Positions 31,759 through 40,249 of a stretch of 64,000 nt of DNA are shown piece after piece. The notes beneath the pieces were generated by a model, which saw nothing but the letters and a program-made list of their open reading frames with translations, was not told the origin of the DNA and ran no database searches. This DNA comes from a virus. The stretch's first letter is position 1. Each line of letters opens with the position of its first letter. The stretch spans positions 38,540 through 102,539 of the IMG/VR virus record IMGVR_UViG_3300004369_000003; one strand, 5' to 3'. The position numbers and the translations under genes were made by a program.

Positions 31759-33585
31759 TTAGTATTTGGCTCCCCAATTCTCAAGCGGTCCATCTGCGTC
31801 GGCAGTCAGGGGGACTGCCCAGCCTTCCGTTGTGGTCATACATTGTCTTACAAGTTGCTTTATCTCTTCGGCATCTTCTCTAGGAGCCTGAAGAACGATT
31901 TCGTCGTGTACTGGGACGATAAGGTAGTCAGTCAAATCCGCTTGGTCCAGTTTGATGAGGTTGCTCTTGAAAACCTCGGCGGCACCGCCCTGAATTAGAT
32001 AGTTGACCAAGGTGTAGGTGCGCTCTTCGTCGCAAGGGATACGGCGACCAGTCCATGTATAAACATAGCCCTGACCTTCCTCGCGAAGACGACGCTGACC
32101 GATGTTGTCAATCTCTTTCTGGAACTTAGCCATACCTGGGTAGTTCTGGTCAAAAGAGTCTGAAACCTCTCGCATCTGATGCTCTGGAACACCAGCCGTT
32201 AGGGCTTGCTTCGCGACACCAGCTCCGTAAAGGCGACCGTAGACAACGCCCTTGATGAGGTTACGTCGCTTGTCAGACTTCTGCATCGTTGGGTCTTGAT
32301 AGACCTGACGACCAATCTCAGTGAACGGGTCAGAGCCTTCGGCATCTGCACGGTTGAACAAGCTGATGAGGTTTTCATCCTGCGACAGAGAGGCAAACAT
32401 TCGGAACTCAACCTGGTCAAGGTCAGAGGTGATAATCACATGGTCCTCATCCTTCGGAATGAAGGCTCGCCGTACTGTTGCGTCACCCTTAGGGAGGGTT
32501 TGTAGCGCTGGGTCAGTAATGGACATACGAGATGTTCGAGCGCCAAGAGTCTTCACCGAGGGATGAAGAAGACCGTCAACATGCTTCTCCATGAAGTTGA
32601 GGAAGTACGTTGTTGCAAGTTTGTCTGCCTTGCGCTGCTGTAGAACCGTGTCAGCAAGGTTCTTGACCTCATCGTTTCCTTCAATGAGCAACTTCTTCAA
32701 CTGGTCCTTGCTGGCTGATTTCGCACCAGACGGAGTGAACTCCGTGATTTCAGCGCCCAACTTCTCAAACAAACGAACCAACTGCACGTTGCTTGTGATG
32801 GAAGTGTCGTACTGGTTGTAAGCCCAGAGCTTCACCTTTTCGGTGTAGTCAATGAGTTCTTCATACTTCTTCTTGGAGTACTCAAGGTCAACACGAGCGC
32901 CGTTGAGTTCCATGCGAGTGACAATCTTTCGTGTCGCCATTTCCAGTTCATAAGCCTTGTGATACGGCTGTCCTGGACCGCATTTCTCATAGAACATCTC
33001 CCACAGGCGCATGGTGATAACGGGGTCAAGAGCGCCATACGACCAGTAGGGCTGGAAGTTGATTGGAACCGTTCCCCAAGTCCACCCATTTTGGGCAAGA
33101 CCCGCATCCAACCCGTCCTGTAGACGAGCAGCATTTGGGTCAATGTATTGAGACGACAATTTCTTCAGCGCACCAGACCCAAGGGGGTCAATGATGTGCG
33201 CCATAATCATGGTGTCGTGCGAACGCTCCCACGGTACAGACCAGCGAGACTGAATCTCAAACCATCGGGCTTCAAAGGCAATGTTGTGGCAAACAATAGG
33301 TCCATAAAACCGTTCCATGGCCTCGTAGAAAACGCCAGACCATTCTCCCCACGGAATTGCCCAACCCTGCTGGGCATCTCCAATCTGCACAAGCCGAAGT
33401 TGCCCATGCCAAGGAGATAGCGCATCTTCACGCTTTCCGCCAGGGAGTTCTCCAGTTTCGGTGTCAATCCCAATAGCGTTGTGTGGGCGTCGCTCACCAA
33501 GCCACCGCAGAAAACTCTGTGCTTTTTCAACACTGTCTATGAGATGCAACTGCACCCCTGACAAGTCCGTTCGTCCTTCAGTCAT
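31759..33585 (-). CDS. DNA polymerase I (family A) with 3'-5' exonuclease
   Basis: GIDTETG (ExoI), YGALD (ExoIII), SDLDQVEFR (motif A), KGVVYGRLYG (motif B), VHDE (motif C). Confidence 0.95.
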   Translation of the reverse strand: MTEGRTDLSGVQLHLIDSVEKAQSFLRWLGERRPHNAIGIDTETGELPGGKREDALSPWHGQLRLVQIGDAQQGWAIPWGEWSGVFYEAMERFYGPIVCHNIAFEARWFEIQSRWSVPWERSHDTMIMAHIIDPLGSGALKKLSSQYIDPNAARLQDGLDAGLAQNGWTWGTVPINFQPYWSYGALDPVITMRLWEMFYEKCGPGQPYHKAYELEMATRKIVTRMELNGARVDLEYSKKKYEELIDYTEKVKLWAYNQYDTSITSNVQLVRLFEKLGAEITEFTPSGAKSASKDQLKKLLIEGNDEVKNLADTVLQQRKADKLATTYFLNFMEKHVDGLLHPSVKTLGARTSRMSITDPALQTLPKGDATVRRAFIPKDEDHVIITSDLDQVEFRMFASLSQDENLISLFNRADAEGSDPFTEIGRQVYQDPTMQKSDKRRNLIKGVVYGRLYGAGVAKQALTAGVPEHQMREVSDSFDQNYPGMAKFQKEIDNIGQRRLREEGQGYVYTWTGRRIPCDEERTYTLVNYLIQGGAAEVFKSNLIKLDQADLTDYLIVPVHDEIVLQAPREDAEEIKQLVRQCMTTTEGWAVPLTADADGPLENWGAKY

Positions 33586-33603
33586 TTTTCCTCAAATTGT
33601 CGT

Positions 33604-34074
33604 TTACGGAATCATTTCTATTCTATAGATGGAGTCAACCTTCTCGTCAACCTCTGACGCTTGCTCCAGCAATCGCTGAGCCACGTTAGTCAGATATCTT
33701 GCCCCACCAGAATCATACTTGTAAAGAGCCTCTAAAACTGGCTCTGGGTCTTCACTGACCTGAGCCCATGTTCTATCCTTTTCTGGAAAGAGCACAGGGA
33801 GGTTTCTGGAGGGGTAGCACTCTTCGCAGGGGGTAGCACCTTCTCGAATGGAAGACGAAGGTGCTTCAACAAGACTGTAGCGTTTAACTAACGGGCACGA
33901 AGCACCGTGATACACCAGCGAAACTCCAACCCGAGAAAGAACATAAGAACCGTTCTCTGTCTTGAAAAGTTTAAACTCAATCCACCGTGTAGAGCCACGA
34001 CGCCATGAAGAGGACTCGCCTAGGAGGCGACCGTTAAATTGAAGGGTTCTAGACCCGTCTCGTACTTCGTACAT
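33604..34074 (-). CDS. Hypothetical phage protein
   Basis: 156-aa ORF with H...CP...CEEC; coupled to upstream stop. Confidence 0.7.
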   Translation of the reverse strand: MYEVRDGSRTLQFNGRLLGESSSWRRGSTRWIEFKLFKTENGSYVLSRVGVSLVYHGASCPLVKRYSLVEAPSSSIREGATPCEECYPSRNLPVLFPEKDRTWAQVSEDPEPVLEALYKYDSGGARYLTNVAQRLLEQASEVDEKVDSIYRIEMIP

Positions 34075-34541
34075 TATGGTTGCACCTCTTCTGGGTCGTG
34101 AGTGTGGTCTGGTGCCTCATCAGAGTAGTAGATTTCGCCACTATCTGGGTGGTGGTGGTGCGGTGTTTCTGCTTCATGCAACGCTAGGTGCATTTGTTCA
34201 TCAAGAGTAATTGGCATACCGCGCAATTCAGACACTTGCCACAGGTAGGCCCACCACTGGCATACTTCGTCAGACGATTCTAAAACTTTGTCTAGATTTC
34301 TAATCGGATACGTTTGGTTGGCTGCTTCCGACTCTGGGAAGATTTCCATGCTTGAAGCAATGGTCTTCACAAACTCAAGAAGATTATTCATGTGCTGTTC
34401 TATAACAGCCTCATCAACGTTGTTCAGTTCGTCTTTGTTTCTTGGGTTGAGGTTGGTAGGTACCGAGGTTTCGCCAACGGTAATTACCTTCTGGAGCTGG
34501 GGTCTTTCTCCAGGTTCATTATAAAGGACGTACTCTATCAT
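34074..34541 (-). CDS. Hypothetical acidic protein following tail spike
   Basis: ATGA-coupled to 34538 gene; His-rich C-terminus. Confidence 0.65.
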   Translation of the reverse strand: MIEYVLYNEPGERPQLQKVITVGETSVPTNLNPRNKDELNNVDEAVIEQHMNNLLEFVKTIASSMEIFPESEAANQTYPIRNLDKVLESSDEVCQWWAYLWQVSELRGMPITLDEQMHLALHEAETPHHHHPDSGEIYYSDEAPDHTHDPEEVQP

Positions 34542-35911
34542 TTTGTCTCCATCAGTCTTGCGACCTGCGTCTTGAGCAAGTCTATCTCATCTCGCTGTTG
34601 TTTGATGAGTTGCAACGCATACAGAGACACGACCCCGAAGTTGATTCGGTCTGGTCTTCCTTCAGCATCATATTCAATTATTTCTTTTAGACCAAGACCT
34701 TCAGCCTCTTCGGCAATGATTCCATACTGCCAGTCTTGGCCTCGGTTAAGGTCTCGATACTTGTTCTTGTACTTAAACTTCTTTGTTTTTAGCTTCAGAA
34801 TCTTTTCTAGATTGCTAAGCTCATGGTTTGAAATATCTTTCTTGTATCGAACAGAAGATGGGACTGGTCCACTTTGACCTCCGTGGGTGTGTGTTCCAGT
34901 TGAACCAATGTGGGTGTGACCAGAACCAGTAGTACTGATGTTTAGTGTGTGAACGTGACCAAAGGTCGTGTATTGACTGTGGGTGTGGTTTCCTACTGCA
35001 ATAGTGTTACTTGTATTCCCGAAGTTAGCACTAACTGAGAACCCGCGACCAGTGGGGGTTCGCACCGCGCTGATTCCTCTAGAGCCAACAATAAATGTAA
35101 CAATTGTTCCGTCTGTTTTTGAAGCGTTGATGGTGCTATCTGCAATTTTGACTCCAGTGACGGCACTAGTTGCCAACTTTGAGTTGGTTACAGAACCAGC
35201 TGCAAGTTTTGCGCTTGTCACAGCGACGTTGGCAATTTCTGCGGTTGATACTGAACTGTCTTGCATACATCTTTGAGAAATAGCGTTATCTGCAATTCTT
35301 GAGTTTACGATGCTCCCTGGGAAAATATGACGGTAGCCAAGGATGGTTTCGTCTTTAATTTTTTCTGTAGTAACAGCGTCTTGAGCAAGTTTTGCCTCGG
35401 AGACTGCTTCTGACTCTAAATGACGAGTTTTAATTTCTCCGTCTGGAATTTTGTCTTCGCTAATCGCATTGTCAGCAATTTTTTCGTTTGTTACCGCATC
35501 GGTGTCTAGTTTTTCAGTGGTAACAGAAAAATCTTGAAGTTCAGATGTGCCCACTGAATTAGGTGCAATTTCAGTATTGCCAACTTGGTCAGAGCCAATG
35601 TTATCGCTCAGAACCGAGTCATTTGCAAGTTCTTCATTTGTTACTGAATCAGCAATTAACTCTGCTGTACCCACCGAGTTGTCTTGAAGTTGTTCATTGG
35701 AGATTGCATTAGCAGCAACTTGGTCATTTGTTACAGCATCAAGAGCAATCTGGTCTGAATCAACAGCACGAGGTTGAATAGTTGTCCTCGTGACTACATG
35801 GTTTGATAGTCGAGAAGGAGATGGACGACCTTCAAGATAGCGAAGACGCCTCTGCATCTCCGACATTGAGCCAGTAATGGTCCTTCTACTAGCCATTCTT
35901 CTAGTTGCCAA
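34538..35911 (-). CDS. Minor tail/spike protein with 10-aa repeats, HxH motifs and S74 intramolecular chaperone
   Basis: (A/S)VTxxKIAxx repeats; HTH/HVH motifs; PSSVRYKKDI autocleavage motif...YGIIAEE...C-terminal coiled coil. Confidence 0.8.
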   Translation of the reverse strand: MATRRMASRRTITGSMSEMQRRLRYLEGRPSPSRLSNHVVTRTTIQPRAVDSDQIALDAVTNDQVAANAISNEQLQDNSVGTAELIADSVTNEELANDSVLSDNIGSDQVGNTEIAPNSVGTSELQDFSVTTEKLDTDAVTNEKIADNAISEDKIPDGEIKTRHLESEAVSEAKLAQDAVTTEKIKDETILGYRHIFPGSIVNSRIADNAISQRCMQDSSVSTAEIANVAVTSAKLAAGSVTNSKLATSAVTGVKIADSTINASKTDGTIVTFIVGSRGISAVRTPTGRGFSVSANFGNTSNTIAVGNHTHSQYTTFGHVHTLNISTTGSGHTHIGSTGTHTHGGQSGPVPSSVRYKKDISNHELSNLEKILKLKTKKFKYKNKYRDLNRGQDWQYGIIAEEAEGLGLKEIIEYDAEGRPDRINFGVVSLYALQLIKQQRDEIDLLKTQVARLMETK

Positions 35912-37898
35912 TTTGGTCCACCTTCCAATCTGTAATTAACGTCAATTCAACTTCCTCTGGGAAAGTTGGGCTGTCGGGAACACTTACAGAGTAAGAATCA
36001 ATCTTCCTCACAAGAATGTCATCCCGAGGCTCTTGGTCGCTTGCTAGACGTTGACGAACAAATTCATCGTCAATAATTAGAGAACACCACGCTCCAGGGA
36101 AATAAGAGCCAACAATAGGAGCAATAGAGCCGTTTACTGTGAGGCTAATTTCTCCAATAGGGGGGCGTGATTCATATAAGTAATCTTGAGCGTATTGGTA
36201 AAGAGTGAGTTCATCTTCAATCTGGTCAAGCTGCTCAACTTGGTCTAGCAGGGGCCAGCTTCTTCCGTTTCGATTATCAAGCATGTCTTCTGCCGCAGCG
36301 CCAGCGTAAGGCTGACTTGCATCATCGGTCATGTCTTCAATGTTGCCCACCACAAAGAACCTAGTTGCGCCATTCTCCGCTGATTCAGAAACCGTAAAGT
36401 CAATAACGTTTCCTGGATACTCAAACACCAACTGGTCTGCGCCAAGTGCACTTACTGGATACAACTCTCCTGGGGGCGGGGGGTCGGCAAGTTCAACGGG
36501 AAAAACCTTAAAAGTTCTGCTAAAAGAAGCGGTGTCGTAGTCGTAGTCGCAATCAATGCGGTATTCAAAACCACCTTCAACAGTATTGGAGTATTCCTCC
36601 AGAATTTCACCAACGGTTCTCTGCTCAAAGCCACGAAAAACTTGAGTGTCATTGTAAAAACCACTCTCATCAAAGTTTTCAAAATTGATGTTAATGTCAG
36701 CGTTTGCTACGAAACTTCCATAATCTCCGTAGATAATTTTTGACCCAAACGTTGCTATACCACCAGCAACTCCCTCTGGCCCAACATTAAGAATTCCACC
36801 AGAACTAAAATTGAAACTGTTACCGTCTGGAATGCCAGTGATTGTAAATCTTCCGTTAAAAGTCGTGTCAAGACGACCAGTAAAGAAAGCGTCTACTCCT
36901 TCAACAATTACTGTTTGACCGACCGAAGCCCCATGCGGAACTTCAAGAGTAAGGGTCGCAACGTTATTAAGAAGTCTTTTTGTCACTACGTTGATTGACC
37001 TAATTCCAGACAGAGATGAAGGAGGAATATCGGCTCCAAGCAGTTCAAACCTCACGGTTCTAGAATCTGGAATTTCTGTAACGATGTGAGTTCCGTTTAG
37101 AGCGCTGTCTACTTCTACGACTTCAATTTCTTGTCCTGGGATAACTGAGTGGTCAGTAGCCATTCTTAAAGTCACAACGTTGTTGGACCTCTGCTTTGAG
37201 ATGACAGAACTCTGAAGTTCTTTGGCTGGCTTAATTACTTCGTTGGCAAAGTTGATACCGCCAAGGTCAGTAGAAACTCTATAAACCAAATCTCTGGCGA
37301 AGTCGTATGTGTCTACAAGGCTTCTCACTGCCCCACTAGTTGAAAGACCGCTGGAATTTGCTGAAGTCGTTGAGAATTGAAATTCCACGGAAGAAGGAAC
37401 CGCAGTAATAGTTTGGGTCCCATCTACGGTGGGGCTTGTAAAACCAATTCGAACCTTATCTCCTACCCGAAAACCGTGAGGGAACTCTGTCCTAACAGTC
37501 GCTGTTCCGTTTGAAGTTTGATAGGAGTAGACACCGATGAAGTCTGAACCATACTGAATTGTTTGCCAAATCTGACGGTGATACAAGTAACTAAGAAACT
37601 CAGCACCTTCAACGCTAAGTGTTCTATCTTTGACGCTATATTCACGGGACCAAATGATTCCGCCCCAGACACAGACACCGTTACGCATGACGTAGACACC
37701 AGTGCGCCCAGGCATGGTTGCTTCGTAGAGGTCTAAGCCCTTAGTTGCTTCAACGAAGGGGATTTCCCCAGAAAAAGTTCCAGCACGCCTATTGGCTCTC
37801 TCGTAACTAACCCCTTTAAAAGGCACCTCAGAAATAATATTATTGCTGAGCAGGTCAGTTAGGAAATACCTGTACTCAACCTCTTGCTGTAGCGTCAT
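35901..37898 (-). CDS. Minor tail protein (Tal/baseplate hub-like) with three inserted beta modules
   Basis: Position after Dit; YRYFLTDLL...VWGGIIW and VFEYPGNV motifs typical of actinophage minor tail proteins. Confidence 0.75.
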   Translation of the reverse strand: MTLQQEVEYRYFLTDLLSNNIISEVPFKGVSYERANRRAGTFSGEIPFVEATKGLDLYEATMPGRTGVYVMRNGVCVWGGIIWSREYSVKDRTLSVEGAEFLSYLYHRQIWQTIQYGSDFIGVYSYQTSNGTATVRTEFPHGFRVGDKVRIGFTSPTVDGTQTITAVPSSVEFQFSTTSANSSGLSTSGAVRSLVDTYDFARDLVYRVSTDLGGINFANEVIKPAKELQSSVISKQRSNNVVTLRMATDHSVIPGQEIEVVEVDSALNGTHIVTEIPDSRTVRFELLGADIPPSSLSGIRSINVVTKRLLNNVATLTLEVPHGASVGQTVIVEGVDAFFTGRLDTTFNGRFTITGIPDGNSFNFSSGGILNVGPEGVAGGIATFGSKIIYGDYGSFVANADININFENFDESGFYNDTQVFRGFEQRTVGEILEEYSNTVEGGFEYRIDCDYDYDTASFSRTFKVFPVELADPPPPGELYPVSALGADQLVFEYPGNVIDFTVSESAENGATRFFVVGNIEDMTDDASQPYAGAAAEDMLDNRNGRSWPLLDQVEQLDQIEDELTLYQYAQDYLYESRPPIGEISLTVNGSIAPIVGSYFPGAWCSLIIDDEFVRQRLASDQEPRDDILVRKIDSYSVSVPDSPTFPEEVELTLITDWKVDQIGN

Positions 37899-37921
37899 CT
37901 CTCATTTCCTGTCTCTAAGTA

Positions 37922-40249
37922 TTAACCGAGCCAACCAGACCTGTACAGAATTCTAAGGTTTGCTTTTCCGTCAGGAAGTCCTTGGTCTTCAAATTCAATG
38001 ATATTTTCTCCTGGGGCCAGCTCAATAAAGTCAGCCAGGACATCAATTCGACCCCTAGCGCCTTCTACTTCTCCGTTGAAGGCAACTTCTCGGTTCTTCG
38101 TGTCAATCTCAAGAATCTCTGGGCTGAGGAACGCATTAGCCCCCGACAAGCCAGGAGTGAAAATTACGTTGTTCTTTTTAATCGCATATCCGCCAGCAGC
38201 CGTTTTTGCAACGTTGTCAGAGACGCTTGCTGTGCCAGTGGCAGCTGAGGAAGGAAGACTTCCAGAGACTGTTGCTATTCCGTCAGGAATGACATCTGTT
38301 ACTGGGACTGTTCCAGACATTTCAACAAAGGCACCAGAAACATCAGTTGAGGGAATGTTTGTTTCTGTCTTTGAGAAGGTCAAAGTGTTTGATGTAGGAA
38401 TTGACTCAACTTGATAAGTCCCGTTAATTGCGGAAGAAATTCCAGTAATAGTGATGTTTTCGTTGAGAATCGCACCGTGTGTGCTGTTTGTTGTAATTGT
38501 TACAACATTTCCAACAAGTTGATATGACTTAATCACTCTGCTTCTGGAGTGGACAGTTGCGTTTACTACAGATGTAGATACAAGGTTTGGCCCAGAGTCA
38601 GAGTATGTAAATGTTGTAGTGCTTGGAAGAGAAGTTATGGTGTAAAGACCGTCAAAATCAGCGTCTACTCCTTCAATTTTTACTTTCTCACCAACGACAA
38701 AATTGTGTGGCTCTGAGGTGGTAATAGTCGCTACGTTAGAAGAGCGGGCTTTGATAATAACTGACTTCTGTGTTGCCCGAGCCCTTTTGTAAGAAAAGGT
38801 TGTAGTGCTTGGAGTTGAGGAGATTGTGTAGCCTCCGTTAAGCGACAAGTCAACAGAAGAAATATTTACACCCTCGTTAGGAACAAAACCGTGAGCAGAG
38901 GAAGTGGTTAGTGTCACCACATCGTCAGTCATTCTCTTACTGACAATGCTTCTTGCGTTAGTTCTTGTAGCGGCGTAACTCAGTTGGTTGCTGGCAGGAA
39001 CGGCAGTGATGACAAATGAACCGTTGAAGTTCACATCTACCCCAGACACAGTGACCGTCTCCCCGACAAGGAACTGATGGTCACCAGCGGTAGTGAGTGT
39101 GGCAATATTGGAAACAAGGACTTTTGCGGTAACAGTTCTCGGCGGAACCCTGGTCTTAGCAAAAGTAAATGTATTTGTTAGCGGAGTGCTGAGAACCGTG
39201 TACTCTCCATCAAACAAAGCGTCAACGTCTTTTAGAACAATCTTGTCACCCACTTGAAAACCATGCTCTGAAACAGTTTGAATTGTTGCAACGCTGTTGT
39301 TGAGAGTTTTAAAAGCAACGGCTTCAATGTCTGCAGATTCACTGTCAAAAGTAAAAGTTGTTGCTGATGGTGTAGATGTGATTTCTCTTTCGCCGTCAAA
39401 CTCAGGGCCCACTCCAGAAATGTTCACAATATTGCCAGTTAAAAAGTTGTGAGACGTTGTTGTAGTGAGAGTTGCAACATCTTTAAGGGTATTGACATCA
39501 AAATCAAGTTTTTTGTTGACAATGCTTGCAGAACTACTGCCGTTAAGTCCTTGAGTTAGGATAATAAGTTGTTCAGTTGTTCTATTAAAGATTGTCGCTG
39601 GAGAAGCCAAAGTTCCAAGAACTTCTAGATAGCAAGGAACCGTGTAGTTACCGATGTTGTTTACAGCTACTGTTCCCGAATACCCCTGAGTCAGGTTTTT
39701 GGCGGGGAGCTCTACAACGTCATAACCTTCTGGCTCTTGGTCGTTCCACGAATACTTGATGGGGTCTGGTGCTTTTAGTTCAATACTAAAATTTGTTCTA
39801 CCGCGAGCGTTTGTTGTCTCAATCTCTACGCCACCGTTAAGGCGAACAAAAGAAGCTCGAATCGGGTTGCTACCAGTCTTAAGCCACGCCCCTCTATAAA
39901 CAAGGTCAGTAGCAGCAATAAGTCTGTCTCTAGAGAGTTCAACTAGTTCTGGCCTTGGAACTAAGAAGGTTCCTTCAAGCGTAAGAGACCTGGCTGCGTA
40001 TCTTCCTTGAACGTCGTAAGAACCGTCGCCAAAACCCCGTGGAACATCTGGTACTTCGGCCTCTGGATGATTCCACCAGCCCTTAATATTTGTAATAACC
40101 CAAACTACTCCATACTCATCAATGGTATTAAAAATGAAGTCGCCCAGAACAATGTTTGCCTGAAGTTTAAGTTTTGTAATCGGGTCTGGCTGAATGTTGG
40201 TCAGTCCACGGTCTACATAGTGGTTCTCTTGTTCTTGCGTAGTAGCCAT
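37922..40249 (-). CDS. Distal tail protein (Dit) with six inserted beta modules
   Basis: Directly after tape measure; GWW...PRxFGDGS...ARSLTLEG...KAPDPIKY and C-terminal LAPGENII...YRSGW. Confidence 0.8.
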   Translation of the reverse strand: MATTQEQENHYVDRGLTNIQPDPITKLKLQANIVLGDFIFNTIDEYGVVWVITNIKGWWNHPEAEVPDVPRGFGDGSYDVQGRYAARSLTLEGTFLVPRPELVELSRDRLIAATDLVYRGAWLKTGSNPIRASFVRLNGGVEIETTNARGRTNFSIELKAPDPIKYSWNDQEPEGYDVVELPAKNLTQGYSGTVAVNNIGNYTVPCYLEVLGTLASPATIFNRTTEQLIILTQGLNGSSSASIVNKKLDFDVNTLKDVATLTTTTSHNFLTGNIVNISGVGPEFDGEREITSTPSATTFTFDSESADIEAVAFKTLNNSVATIQTVSEHGFQVGDKIVLKDVDALFDGEYTVLSTPLTNTFTFAKTRVPPRTVTAKVLVSNIATLTTAGDHQFLVGETVTVSGVDVNFNGSFVITAVPASNQLSYAATRTNARSIVSKRMTDDVVTLTTSSAHGFVPNEGVNISSVDLSLNGGYTISSTPSTTTFSYKRARATQKSVIIKARSSNVATITTSEPHNFVVGEKVKIEGVDADFDGLYTITSLPSTTTFTYSDSGPNLVSTSVVNATVHSRSRVIKSYQLVGNVVTITTNSTHGAILNENITITGISSAINGTYQVESIPTSNTLTFSKTETNIPSTDVSGAFVEMSGTVPVTDVIPDGIATVSGSLPSSAATGTASVSDNVAKTAAGGYAIKKNNVIFTPGLSGANAFLSPEILEIDTKNREVAFNGEVEGARGRIDVLADFIELAPGENIIEFEDQGLPDGKANLRILYRSGWLG

